From positions 733 to 64,732 of the forward strand of contig JBEKCO010000003.1 in assembly GCA_050014835.1 (NCBI GenBank): 64,000 nt of DNA. The letters run 5' to 3'. Positions within the stretch are counted from its first letter, which is position 1; each line of letters opens with the position of its first letter. The notes under the pieces were generated by a model. It worked only from the letters and a program-made list of their open reading frames with translations, did not search any database and was not told where the DNA came from. The DNA is from Acidimicrobiales bacterium. GTDB taxonomy: Bacteria; Actinomycetota; Acidimicrobiia; Acidimicrobiales; Bog-793. Shown here one piece after another: positions 34,729-44,135 of the stretch. Both the position numbers and the translations under genes were made by a program.

Positions 34729-34841
34729 GCCGGCCGCCTTCTTCCCCGAACTCCCTGCACGACTGCACCCGACGAGGAGAAGCGTAGGCGACGAACAATC
34801 CCCACCGGATGCTGGTCGTGCGAGTAGCGACGACCTTGGCA

Positions 34842-35083
34842 GCCCGACCTCTTTCTCGTCACCGGTCCGCGTCCCTTTGTGGGGCGGAACGACGAACGAC
34901 GTTCTCATCTGCTCGGGCGCGGGCCTTGACGCGATCTGCGGTCAGACCGGGGCGTACCTCTACGGAGCATCTCCCTCGGGCGAGGCGATCGATCCCCGCT
35001 GCCGCGACTACAACGTGGTCGCGGTGGCAGACGTCCTGGCCGCGGGTGCCGGCGCAGGCTGGAGCGTCCTCGAGGCTTGCGGC
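34842..35083 (+). pseudogene. Orphan duplicate of the 3' end of the beta-propeller gene (remnant of a paralogue)
   Basis: The 242 nt align colinearly and without gaps with 36610..36851. The translated fragment PTSFSSPVRVPLWGGTTNDVLICSGAGLDAICGQTGAYLYG...GWSVLEACG compares with PTSFSSPVLVPLQGEATNDVLVGSGAGLYAISGQTGAYLFG...GWSVLEACG. No N-terminal part is present. Confidence 0.7.
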
Positions 35084-35360
35084 CGGCGATCTTGTGCCAG
35101 ACCTGCGAGCGGCATCCGGCGGCGAGCCGGACACCCAGGCGCGCGTGGCGGAAGCGGCGCGGGATCCCGCTTGCCGAGACGACAAGGACGGCACCGTCGC
35201 GGCGGGTACCGATTCCGCTTCGGGGCACAACGTGGGTAAATCGCGAGCGCGCTCTCGCCTTTCGCGCCAAATCCCTAACTTCTTCCCTGGGATCCCTGCA
35301 CAAATGCACCAAGCGATGACACATTTAGGTGCCGGAAGAACCCGAGTGAATGCGACCGAG

Positions 35361-36974
35361 ATGGCTAGCGTCCGCGTCATGGTTAGGATCGCGAGCCCGC
35401 CCACCCCCCGTCGTATCTACGGCCCACGGCACAGTCGGTTCCGCAGCATCCGACTCATCACCGTGTGCGCGCTCGTGGCGTTCGCGACCGCGACCGGTAT
35501 CGGGTTCGCCGCCGCGACGGGAGGGGGAGCGGCAACCACACGACAGTCGGCTTGCTCCGTTCTCCAGGGTCACGGCATCAGCTGGCCGGGGCCGTCCTGG
35601 GTCACGTGTCTGCCCGGCGCGGTCGCCCAGAGCTCGCCGACCGTCGCGGACTGGCACGGTATGACGATCGTCGCGGTCGGCGACGAGAGCGGCAGGGTGA
35701 GCGTCTTCAACGCCGCGACCGGTGAGGAGCTCCCGGGTTGGCCGAAGAGGCTCGCCGCACCCGCTGGCGCGGCCGTCGCCATCGAGTCGAGTCCCACGAT
35801 CGCGTTCCTCGACGGCCCGAACAAGCCGCCGTCGATCATCGTCGGCGCCGCCTCGACGTGGGTCAACAACACGGCGCGCGAGGTCGAGGCCTTCCATCTC
35901 AGCGGGGCTACCCGATTCATCTTCCACGTCGGCACCGCCCCGGGAACGGCGGTCGGCGTCATTTCCTCTCCCGCGGTCGGCAGCCTCACGGCAAGCGGGC
36001 AGCTGGACATCGTCTTCGGATCCTGGGACCACTACATCTACGCGCTCACGCCCGCTGGAAGGCTTCTGCCGGGTTTCCCGATCAACACCGCCGACACGAT
36101 CTGGTCGTCTCCGGCGCTCTACCGGGTCCCCGGAACGATCGGCGCCAGCATCTTCATCGGCGGTGACGCGCACGGTTGGCAGGGTTGCCGAGGAGGCTGG
36201 ATCACCGATTACCACTACGTCGGAACAGCGCCGACGATCGTCTGGCAGCACTGCGAGAGCCAGACCATCTGGTCGAGTCCCGCGGTCGGGGTGATCAACT
36301 CGACGGGACGGGCCGTGGTCGTCGTCGGGACCGGCTTCTACTGGCAGCCCTTCCCGTCGGGTACCTACAGGATCTTCGCCTACTACGCCGACAACGGAGC
36401 ACCGGTGCCTGGCTGGCCCGTGAAGACGACTGGTCCATCGCTCGGTTCCCCCGCGATCGGGGTAATCAACAACACCGGCACGCCGGCGGTCGTCGAGACG
36501 TCGTGGGTGTGCTCCGGCCTCACCAACGCGAGCTGCCTCGGACCGAACACGACCATGGTGACCGCCTGGAACGGCGGCGGCCAGCGGCTCTGGACCGATA
36601 AGTTGCACGGCCCGACCTCTTTCTCGTCACCGGTCCTCGTGCCGTTGCAGGGCGAAGCGACAAACGACGTTCTCGTCGGCTCGGGCGCGGGCCTCTACGC
36701 GATCAGCGGGCAAACGGGGGCGTACCTGTTCGGGACGTCATACGCCGGCGAGGCGATCGACCCCGGCTGCCGAGTCTTCAACTCCGTCGCGGTCACCGAC
36801 GTCCTCGGAACGGGCACCGGCTCAGGATGGAGCGTGCTCGAAGCCTGCGGCGGTCCTGCCGCGTTCAACTACACAGGCAGGCTCGTGTCGTATCGAATTT
36901 CAACCCCGCCGACGGTTCCGCCGGCGTGGCCGATGTTCCATCAGAACGCCACTCACGACGGCGTGGCGCCCTGA
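35361..36974 (+). CDS. Secreted beta-propeller repeat protein (FG-GAP/PQQ-like blades)
   Basis: ATG at 35361, followed by a hydrophobic signal/anchor (LITVCALVAFATATGIGFAAA). The blade motif SSP(A/T)(V/I)... recurs at least 7 times (SSPTVADW, SSPTIAFL, SSPAVGSL, SSPALYRV, SSPAVGVI, GSPAIGVI, SSPVLVPL). The track's 184-aa N-terminal extension was rejected. Confidence 0.65.
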   Translation: MASVRVMVRIASPPTPRRIYGPRHSRFRSIRLITVCALVAFATATGIGFAAATGGGAATTRQSACSVLQGHGISWPGPSWVTCLPGAVAQSSPTVADWHGMTIVAVGDESGRVSVFNAATGEELPGWPKRLAAPAGAAVAIESSPTIAFLDGPNKPPSIIVGAASTWVNNTAREVEAFHLSGATRFIFHVGTAPGTAVGVISSPAVGSLTASGQLDIVFGSWDHYIYALTPAGRLLPGFPINTADTIWSSPALYRVPGTIGASIFIGGDAHGWQGCRGGWITDYHYVGTAPTIVWQHCESQTIWSSPAVGVINSTGRAVVVVGTGFYWQPFPSGTYRIFAYYADNGAPVPGWPVKTTGPSLGSPAIGVINNTGTPAVVETSWVCSGLTNASCLGPNTTMVTAWNGGGQRLWTDKLHGPTSFSSPVLVPLQGEATNDVLVGSGAGLYAISGQTGAYLFGTSYAGEAIDPGCRVFNSVAVTDVLGTGTGSGWSVLEACGGPAAFNYTGRLVSYRISTPPTVPPAWPMFHQNATHDGVAP

Positions 36975-37036
36975 GGACACGCGCACAGGTCTTACCGAGA
37001 CCATCACCCGCTAGCGCCGGACCAAGAGACGCCTCG

Positions 37037-37069
37037 GGCGTTCGGCGGCTGGGCGACCGACCGAACGCC
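37037..37069. terminator. Hairpin between convergent genes (propeller gene / clpP)
   Basis: GGCGTTCGG-(15 nt)-CCGAACGCC forms a 9-bp GC-rich stem. It is located between stop codons at 36974 (+) and 37076 (-). Confidence 0.35.
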
Positions 37070-37075
37070 GCCCGG

Positions 37076-37699
37076 TCATTGGCGCTTGCCTGCGTGCACG
37101 CTCGAGCGGTCGATGACCTTGTCGATGAAGCCGTACTCACGGGCTTCGTCTGCGGTGAACCAACGATCGCGGTCCGAGTCGGCCTCGATGCGCTCGACAG
37201 TCTGACCCGTGTGGAATGCGATGCGCTCGGCCATCATCCGCTTGAGGTAGACGATCTGTTCCGCCTGGATGGCGATGTCGGCCGCCTGGCCCTGCATCTG
37301 ACCCGAAGGCTGGTGCATGAGGATCCGGGCGTGCGGCAGTGCGTACCGCTTGCCGGGGGTGCCGGCACACAGGAGAAACTGACTCATCGAGGCAGCGAGC
37401 CCGAGACAGATCGTCGAGACGTCGCACCGGACATACTGAATCGTGTCGTAGATCGCGAGTCCGTCGGTCACCGAACCGCCGGGCGAGTTGATGTACACCG
37501 AGATGTCCCGGTCGGGATCCTCGGCCTCGAGCAGCAGCAACTGCGCACAGATCGCGTTCGCCGAGTTCTGGTCGACCTGGGTCCCGAGGAAGATGATCCG
37601 CTCCCTCAGCAGGCGCTGATAGACGTCTGCCGACGGGTCGGCGGTCAGATTGAGCGACGCCTTGACGACGCCGGACGGCACGGAGAGCTCTTCAGTCAT
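37076..37699 (-). CDS. clpP: ATP-dependent Clp protease proteolytic subunit
   Basis: [54 protein letters not shown]...[11 protein letters not shown]...ILMHQP contains the Ser/His catalytic context. Confidence 0.92.
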   Translation of the reverse strand: MTEELSVPSGVVKASLNLTADPSADVYQRLLRERIIFLGTQVDQNSANAICAQLLLLEAEDPDRDISVYINSPGGSVTDGLAIYDTIQYVRCDVSTICLGLAASMSQFLLCAGTPGKRYALPHARILMHQPSGQMQGQAADIAIQAEQIVYLKRMMAERIAFHTGQTVERIEADSDRDRWFTADEAREYGFIDKVIDRSSVHAGKRQ

Positions 37700-37791
37700 G
37701 GTCCGAGACTAACCCGAGCACACCCCAGCCGCGACCCGTGCCTCGGTAAGCTTCTGCGTTGAGCGGCTTGCTGGGGCGCTCGTTGCCCCAT

Positions 37792-37873
37792 GCGGGTGTG
37801 GCGAAACTGGCATACGCGCCGGGTTTAGGTCCCGGTCCCTTCGGGGTTGGAGGTTCGAGTCCTCTCGCCCGCA
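37792..37873 (+). tRNA. tRNA-Leu (anticodon UAG)
   Basis: The acceptor stem GCGGGTG/CGCCCGC has one G-U pair. The anticodon arm CCGGG-TTTAGGT-CCCGG carries TAG at positions 34-36. It has a long variable arm (CCCTTCGGGG) and a T-arm GGAGG-TTCGAGT-CCTCT. CCA is not encoded. Confidence 0.85.
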
Positions 37874-38001
37874 CGATTGTGATGTGTCGAGACATCGGCG
37901 ACCGATGTGTCAGGACATCGTAGAGGTCCACCCGAGGGTCTGGGGGTGCTAGTCGAGCTCCGGATCGAGGGTGAGATGCCCTCGGGACCGCCGCCGGTCG
38001 C

Positions 38002-38235
38002 TCAGCGCTCTTCGCCGTCGAGAGACTCGGGATCGTCGAGCAGAGCGTCGACCTCAGCCGCTTCTACGACGTCGAGGGGCGGAACCTCGTCTTCGACCTC
38101 GTCGTCGAAGTCGACCGCGTTGTCACACGACGCGACGTCCGCGGCGTCCTCGCGTACAAACGCCGCCGGTCCCTCGACAATCGGGACATCGTCCGCCTCG
38201 TCCCTCTTCCCAGGTCCCCGTTCGCGCCGTTTCAC
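38002..38235 (-). CDS. Small acidic hypothetical protein
   Basis: 77-aa ORF with strong GC3 bias in this frame and an Asp/Glu-rich sequence. The overlapping + strand ORFs are Arg/Pro/Ser-rich shadows. Confidence 0.4.
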   Translation of the reverse strand: MKRRERGPGKRDEADDVPIVEGPAAFVREDAADVASCDNAVDFDDEVEDEVPPLDVVEAAEVDALLDDPESLDGEER

Positions 38236-38378
38236 CTTCGGGCTCCTCCGCCCCTACTTTGCCGCGGCCGGTCGCCAAGCGTCAGTCGGCTGGCACCGGA
38301 CCGCTCCGGACGGGACCAGCCGAGGGATGCCTCGTCCGGTGGGTCGACGGGCGCCATGGGTGCGCCGGCGGGCGCCGG

Positions 38379-39440
38379 TCAGTCCGACCGCAGCTCCTCG
38401 GCCACCGCCTGGGCGAACGCGTCGACGTCGGCCTCCGTCGTGTCGAACGCCGTCATCCAGCGGACCTCGCCGCTCGCCTGGTCCCAGACGTAGAAGTGGA
38501 ACCGCTCCTGGAGCCGGACGGTTGCGGCGGCGGGCAATCTGGCGAACACCGAGTTGGCCTCGACGGGCCGCGCGACCTCGACACCGGGGAGGCGCCTGAC
38601 CTGCTCCGCCAGCCGACGCGCCATCGCGTTCGCGTGCTGCGCGTTCCGTAACCAGAGGTCCCCCGCGAGCAGCGCCTCGAACTGCACCGACACGTAGCGC
38701 ATCTTGGAGGCGAGCTGCGTCGCTGCCTTCCGGAGGTGCAGCATCCCCCGGACCGCCTCGGGGTTCAAAACGACGATCACCTCGCCGAAGAGCAGCCCGT
38801 TCTTCGTGCCGCCGAAGGAGATGACGTCGACCCCGACGTCCGTGGTGAACGCTTTGAAACCGGTCCCGAGGGTCGCCGCCGCGTTGGCGAGGCGTGCGCC
38901 GTCCACGTGCACTTTCATGCCGAACTCGTGGGATCGCGCACAGATCAGTGCGATCTCGTCGGGCGTGTAGCAGGTGCCGAGCTCCGTCGACTGTGTGATC
39001 GAGACGACCCGCGGCGAGGCCCGATGCTGGTTGTCCCATCCCCAGGCGTGGACGGCGAGCGAATCGGCGGCGATCTTGCCGTCGGGCGCGTCGAGCGTGA
39101 GGAGTTTGATCCCGGCCACGCGCTCGGCTGCGGCGCACTCGTCGGTGTTGAGATGCGACGAGGTCGCGCAGATCACGGCGTCCCAACGTTCCGTCATCGC
39201 CTGCAGGCTCACGATGTTCGCGCCGGTTCCGTTGAAGACCGGGTACGCCTGAGCCTCCTCCCCGAAGTGGTGCTTGAAGACCCGTTGGAGGTGTGCGGTG
39301 TAGACGTCGTCCCCGTAGGAGTCCTGGTGTCCTCCGTTCGCGCACGCAATGGCCGCGAGCACGTCGGGGTGGACGGGCGCGCAGTTGTCACTCGCGAATC
39401 CACGCAGTTCAGGGTCGTGACGGCGGGTGGCGTCGGTCAC
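38379..39440 (-). CDS. ltaE: Low-specificity L-threonine aldolase (Beta_elim_lyase family, PLP-dependent)
   Basis: FASDNCAPVHPDVLAAIACANGGHQDSYGDDVYTAHLQ...FNGTGANIVSL...SFGGTKNG, with the PLP Lys in GGTKNG. Confidence 0.75.
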   Translation of the reverse strand: MTDATRRHDPELRGFASDNCAPVHPDVLAAIACANGGHQDSYGDDVYTAHLQRVFKHHFGEEAQAYPVFNGTGANIVSLQAMTERWDAVICATSSHLNTDECAAAERVAGIKLLTLDAPDGKIAADSLAVHAWGWDNQHRASPRVVSITQSTELGTCYTPDEIALICARSHEFGMKVHVDGARLANAAATLGTGFKAFTTDVGVDVISFGGTKNGLLFGEVIVVLNPEAVRGMLHLRKAATQLASKMRYVSVQFEALLAGDLWLRNAQHANAMARRLAEQVRRLPGVEVARPVEANSVFARLPAAATVRLQERFHFYVWDQASGEVRWMTAFDTTEADVDAFAQAVAEELRSD

Positions 39441-39519
39441 GACGAGAGATTAACCGTGGAACAGGATGCTCTTCGCCGGAATTCGCATCCGCGGATCGGA
39501 AGGCAGCACGGCGGATCCG

Positions 39520-40593
39520 TCACGAATTCGTGAATAGCGTCAGTTCGCTCACGAACTCCGACGAGTACTGGAAGATGCTCGCGTATCCGGCACCGGAAAA
39601 GATGATGAGCCGCGAATGGGCGATCGCGCGCGACAGCTCGCGGGAGTTGGCGACCGGCACGACCACGTCCGCGGACCCGGCGAAGATCAGAGTCGGGATC
39701 CCGATCGTTGCGAGGTCGTGCGCGACGGCGCTCGCGCGATCGGTCTGGGCAACGAGGGAGCCTTCTGCCTCGATCGCCGGTGCGGTGATGTCGTCCGGGT
39801 TGACCTGACCGACATCGGCGAGCCAGCGCGAGCGCGTCAACCGCGCGCTCGCCGGGAAGAAAAGGCTAGAGAGTTCGACCGTCGTCGCCCACCCCGACGC
39901 GAACAACGCCGAGACTGCTGCGGCCGGCCGGTAGGACTTCGGGCCTCCGGCCGTCGAGTCAGCGAGGACGAGGCGCCACACAAGACCCGCGTGACGCTCG
40001 ACGAGGGCCATCGCAATCTCCCCGCCGAGCCCCCAGCCGACCACTGTCGGCTGGGATAACCCCAATGACCAGATCAGTCCCGCCGTCAGGTCCGCGAGAC
40101 GCGGGACCGTTTCGGTGCCCCTGCTCGGCTCCGAGTAGCCGACCCCGGGGAGGTCGAAGACCGTCACGCGGTAGTACGCGCCGAGCGCAACGAGCACCTG
40201 CGGGTCCCAAGAGGTCAACGAACCGTGCTCGCCCGTGATGAGAACCAGATCGGGTCCCGAGCCGAACTGGCGGTACGCAACGCGCAACGACCGGGCCGGC
40301 ATCGTCCCGTCAGCGAGGAGCTTCGGCGCGACTCGGCCCGGAACGACCGGCAGCACGGCGACTCGCCTGACCGGACCGAGCGCCGCGAACGCACCACCGG
40401 CGGCCGAGCCCGGAATATCGATCGCGACGGGCAAGGTCGTCGTCGGCGCGGGTGACGCCGACGAGTCGCCGAGTGCCGCGGAACCGCCGTCGAAGGCCGC
40501 GATGAACCAGGAGAGGGTGCCGACCGCGACAAGAGCCCTCACGAGGTGCCCGCCAGGCGCGGTCATGCCGACACGCCGGATCCCCGGTTTCAA
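39520..40593 (-). CDS. Secreted alpha/beta hydrolase
   Basis: Signal/anchor segment present. The nucleophile-elbow-like GWGLGGEIA and an overall alpha/beta-fold pattern are seen (LVLITGEHGS, VFDLPGVGYS). Confidence 0.6.
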   Translation of the reverse strand: MKPGIRRVGMTAPGGHLVRALVAVGTLSWFIAAFDGGSAALGDSSASPAPTTTLPVAIDIPGSAAGGAFAALGPVRRVAVLPVVPGRVAPKLLADGTMPARSLRVAYRQFGSGPDLVLITGEHGSLTSWDPQVLVALGAYYRVTVFDLPGVGYSEPSRGTETVPRLADLTAGLIWSLGLSQPTVVGWGLGGEIAMALVERHAGLVWRLVLADSTAGGPKSYRPAAAVSALFASGWATTVELSSLFFPASARLTRSRWLADVGQVNPDDITAPAIEAEGSLVAQTDRASAVAHDLATIGIPTLIFAGSADVVVPVANSRELSRAIAHSRLIIFSGAGYASIFQYSSEFVSELTLFTNS

Positions 40594-41975
40594 CCGGCGC
40601 GTCGCAACGAGCCCTTGACGAGAGTCTTGCCGAATTCGACGATCAACGACGAGTTCTTCTCGGCGTCCGTCAGGACGTCGTCGAGGGCGGCAGCGAAGTA
40701 ATCGACCTCGTACTGGCCGATGACGAGGGGCGGGAGCAGCTTCACGACGTTCATCGAGTCGGCCGCGACCTGGGTGAGAATCCCGTGCCGGGTGAACAGC
40801 GGCCCGACGACGATCTGCGAGAACAGCCCCGTCCGGGCCGCCTCGAGCAACCGGAAGCGCGTCCGCTGGCGGAACGACGTCGGCTCACCGAAGACGAGCC
40901 CGACCATCAGCCCCTTGCCGCGCACCAACTGGAAGGTCTCGTGGCGCTCGACGAGCGGCGCGAGCGCTTTGTCGAATGCGTCGCCGTTCATCCGAGCACG
41001 GTCGACGAGGTTCTCGTCGTCAATCGTCGCGAGCGTGGCCAGCCCGGCGACCATCGCGAGCTGGTTGTTCTTGAATGTCGAGGAGTGGACGAGCGCCCTC
41101 GAGATCGACGAGTAGACCTTGTCGGAGACCTTCGTCGAGCACACCATCGCCCCGATCGGGACGAACCCGCCCGACAGCGCCTTCGACATCGTCACGATGT
41201 CCGGAACGAGGCCGTAGTGCTCGTGTGCCCACAGGCGGCCGGTGCGCCCGAGCCCCGTCTGCACCTCGTCGGCGATGAGCAGGGTCCCGTAGCGGCGACA
41301 CAATTCAGAGACGGCGTCCCAGTACTCCTGCGGCGCGACGAAGACGCCATGGCCCTGGATCGGCTCGACGACGAAGGCGGCGACATCACGCGAACGCAGC
41401 TGACGTTCGAGGGCTTCGGCATCTCCGAAGGGCACCTGGGTGAAACCGGGAATCAACGGCCCAAAGCCCTTGCGGAACTCGGAACCGCCGTTCGCTGAGA
41501 GCGCGCCGAGCGTGAGGCCGTGGAAGCCGTGTTCGCAGTACAGAACCCGGGACCGCCCCGTCGCATAGCGGGAGAACTTCAGCGCGGCCTCGACCGCCTC
41601 GGCCCCAGAGTTCGTGAAAAAGACGCGCCCCATTCCGGGGTGACAACGCTTCAGGATCTCTGCCGCCAACACCCCTGGCAGCAGCGCGGCGTCCATCTGG
41701 ATGAGGTTCGGCAGGTCGGCATCGATCGCCTCGTGGAGGGCCTTTTTCAGGGCCGGATGGCTCCGGCCGAGGGCGAACACCCCGAACCCGGAGAGGAAGT
41801 CGAGGTAGCGGCGGCCTTCGTCGTCATAGAGGTAGGCGCCCTCGGCGCGCGAGTAGAAGCGGTCGAAGCCGATCGACCGGAGGACGTTCACCAGCTGGGG
41901 GTTGATGTTCCGGCCGTAGAGTCGGAAGTTCTCGCCCTTGTGGCTCGCCAGCACCTCAGTGAGATCGAAGCTCAT
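40590..41975 (-). CDS. Class III (omega) aminotransferase, PLP-dependent
   Basis: Start at MSFDLTEV (ATG 41975). Motifs seen: FFTNSGAEAVEAALK, LLIADEVQTGLGRTG and TMSKALSGG (PLP Lys). Confidence 0.8.
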   Translation of the reverse strand: MSFDLTEVLASHKGENFRLYGRNINPQLVNVLRSIGFDRFYSRAEGAYLYDDEGRRYLDFLSGFGVFALGRSHPALKKALHEAIDADLPNLIQMDAALLPGVLAAEILKRCHPGMGRVFFTNSGAEAVEAALKFSRYATGRSRVLYCEHGFHGLTLGALSANGGSEFRKGFGPLIPGFTQVPFGDAEALERQLRSRDVAAFVVEPIQGHGVFVAPQEYWDAVSELCRRYGTLLIADEVQTGLGRTGRLWAHEHYGLVPDIVTMSKALSGGFVPIGAMVCSTKVSDKVYSSISRALVHSSTFKNNQLAMVAGLATLATIDDENLVDRARMNGDAFDKALAPLVERHETFQLVRGKGLMVGLVFGEPTSFRQRTRFRLLEAARTGLFSQIVVGPLFTRHGILTQVAADSMNVVKLLPPLVIGQYEVDYFAAALDDVLTDAEKNSSLIVEFGKTLVKGSLRRAG

Positions 41976-42087
41976 TGCCTGCCTCCGTCCGCTGAAGGTC
42001 CAAGCGTATAGGCGTGGCGACGCCCCGCACGGGCCACGAACGAGCGGGTGGTACTGTCCCCGAAAGTGCGTGCCCGGGCCACCTTCG

Positions 42088-44052
42088 ATGACGGACGCGC
42101 GTGACCCGGCCACGGTTCGTCACCGCCGGGACCGGCTATCCACTCCCTCGATGAGCGATTTAGCGGCCATCGAGCAAATCACCACCCGCCGCCGGGCCCG
42201 ACTGCGGCGTTACGGCCCGCCGGCGCTCTGCGCACTCGTCTACTGCGTCCTCGCCGCCTTCGTCTACGGCGTCCACCCGCCCGCGACGAGCGCGACCCTG
42301 CCGCCCTGCGCCTGCGGCGACATCCCCGAAGGAGTGTGGTCTCTCGCCTGGCCGGCGTACGCCCTCGCCCACGGCCTCAACCCGCTGTACACGAACTGGG
42401 CTGACTGGCCCTACGGCGTGAACCTCATGAACAACACCTCCACACCGCTGCTCGGCATTGTCTTTGCTCCGTTCACGCTCGTTTACGGGGCTCTCTCGAC
42501 GTACAGCCTGCTCATGCGGCTGGCGCTCGCCCTCTCGGGAATCTCGATGTGTTTCGTGTTGAGGCGCTGGACGAAGTGGTGGCCCGCCGCGTTCATCGGC
42601 GGCCTCGTCTACGAGTTCTCGCCCTTCATGGTCGGGCAGTCCCAGTCCCACCTCTTCCTGACGTTCATCCCGTTGCCCCCGATCATCGCGGCGCTTCTCG
42701 ACGAGGTGTTTGTCAGACGACGTCACGTCGTCCGTAACGGCATCGTGTTGGGCCTCGTCGTCGCCGCGCAGTTCATGATCTCAGCGGAGATCCTCGGCAT
42801 CACCCTGTTCGCCACGGCCCTCTGCCTCGTCGTGCTCGTCGTCCTGCACCCCGTGGCGACCCGCGAGCGGCTCAGGGACATCGGTCGGGGGGCCGCGGCG
42901 GCCGTCGTTACCGCGGTCGTCGTCGCGGGATACCCGCTCTGGGTCTACTTCCGCGGGCCCTACCACGTGAGCGGCTCGCCCCACCCTCTTGCTGAACTCG
43001 AGAGCTACGAATCGAGCCTCGGATCTCTCATCTACCCGACGAACCTGCAGCACTTCGGGTTCGGCAGCTGGTTGGCCAAAGGGATGGCGCTCACCCTGCA
43101 AAACGGAGTCGAGTCGACGACCTACGTTGGGATTCCCCTGCTCGTACTGCTCGCCTACATCGTGTACCGATGCCGACGGGTCGCCCAGGTCCAGCTGTTC
43201 GCCGTCGTCGCCTTCGGTGCCTGGGTGATCACACTCGGGGCGAAACGACACGGCGTCCGACTGCCCTACGACCTCATCACGAGGATCCCGCTCCTCAACG
43301 GCGCGCTCGACCTGCGCTACTCGTTCCTCATGTACCTCGCGATCGCGGTCGTCTCGGCGATCGGGCTCGATCGGATGGCACGTGAAGGCATCATCACCGG
43401 TCTCTGGCGCCCGCGCCGGGCCGCAGCGACAAGTGGGTCACCCGGCGACGCGGAGCCGAAACGGCTGTCCGCGCGGCGTCAGCTCGGCCGGCGGCTCGCC
43501 AGTTCCGCCATCTTCGCTCTGGCGCTCGTGCCGCTTCTCCCCGCCCTGCCGTACGCGTCGACCGATCCCGCGGTGCCGGCGCTTTTCACCGCGGCCGACT
43601 CTCCTCTGCGCCCCGGCTCGGTCGTCCTCTCCTACCCGCTACCCATCGGTTACGTGGGCTTCAACGACCAGGCCCTGCTCTGGCAGGCGGCGGGGGACAT
43701 GCGCTTCAAGCTGATCGCCTTCCGCGGCTCCGTCTCCAACCGGGCCGGTGGCAAGCCGTTGCGCGACGCCGCGCTCTTGATTCCGCCCTACGCCGTCGAG
43801 AAGGCCCTCGTCTACTGGCTCTACCGCAGCCCGAGCCCGCCGCCGCCCCACGACGCCGCGACGACGCGCGAGTTCCGCATCTTCCTCCGTCGCTACGACG
43901 TCGGTGCGGTCACCGTTGTGCGTGAGGGCCGGCCCGTGAAATACGTGCTCAAGTACTTCGAAGCGGCGCTCGGCGTGCCGCCGGTCAGCTTCGAAGGCTC
44001 GTTCATCTGGCCGGACGTGCAAAAGGACCTTCGGCGGCTCTCACCTTCCTGA
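42088..44052 (+). CDS. Large polytopic membrane protein (possible envelope glycosyltransferase-like), function unknown
   Basis: At least 10 hydrophobic helices followed by a soluble C-terminal domain. The start is uncertain (ATG 42088 or 42151). Confidence 0.45.
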   Translation: MTDARDPATVRHRRDRLSTPSMSDLAAIEQITTRRRARLRRYGPPALCALVYCVLAAFVYGVHPPATSATLPPCACGDIPEGVWSLAWPAYALAHGLNPLYTNWADWPYGVNLMNNTSTPLLGIVFAPFTLVYGALSTYSLLMRLALALSGISMCFVLRRWTKWWPAAFIGGLVYEFSPFMVGQSQSHLFLTFIPLPPIIAALLDEVFVRRRHVVRNGIVLGLVVAAQFMISAEILGITLFATALCLVVLVVLHPVATRERLRDIGRGAAAAVVTAVVVAGYPLWVYFRGPYHVSGSPHPLAELESYESSLGSLIYPTNLQHFGFGSWLAKGMALTLQNGVESTTYVGIPLLVLLAYIVYRCRRVAQVQLFAVVAFGAWVITLGAKRHGVRLPYDLITRIPLLNGALDLRYSFLMYLAIAVVSAIGLDRMAREGIITGLWRPRRAAATSGSPGDAEPKRLSARRQLGRRLASSAIFALALVPLLPALPYASTDPAVPALFTAADSPLRPGSVVLSYPLPIGYVGFNDQALLWQAAGDMRFKLIAFRGSVSNRAGGKPLRDAALLIPPYAVEKALVYWLYRSPSPPPPHDAATTREFRIFLRRYDVGAVTVVREGRPVKYVLKYFEAALGVPPVSFEGSFIWPDVQKDLRRLSPS

Positions 44053-44135
44053 CCCGGTGAGCCTTCGGGAGCGGGCGCGTGACCAGCTCGGTCAGAAACC
44101 GGGGTACGAGGCAGCCGATCGGTAGCCTCAACGTG

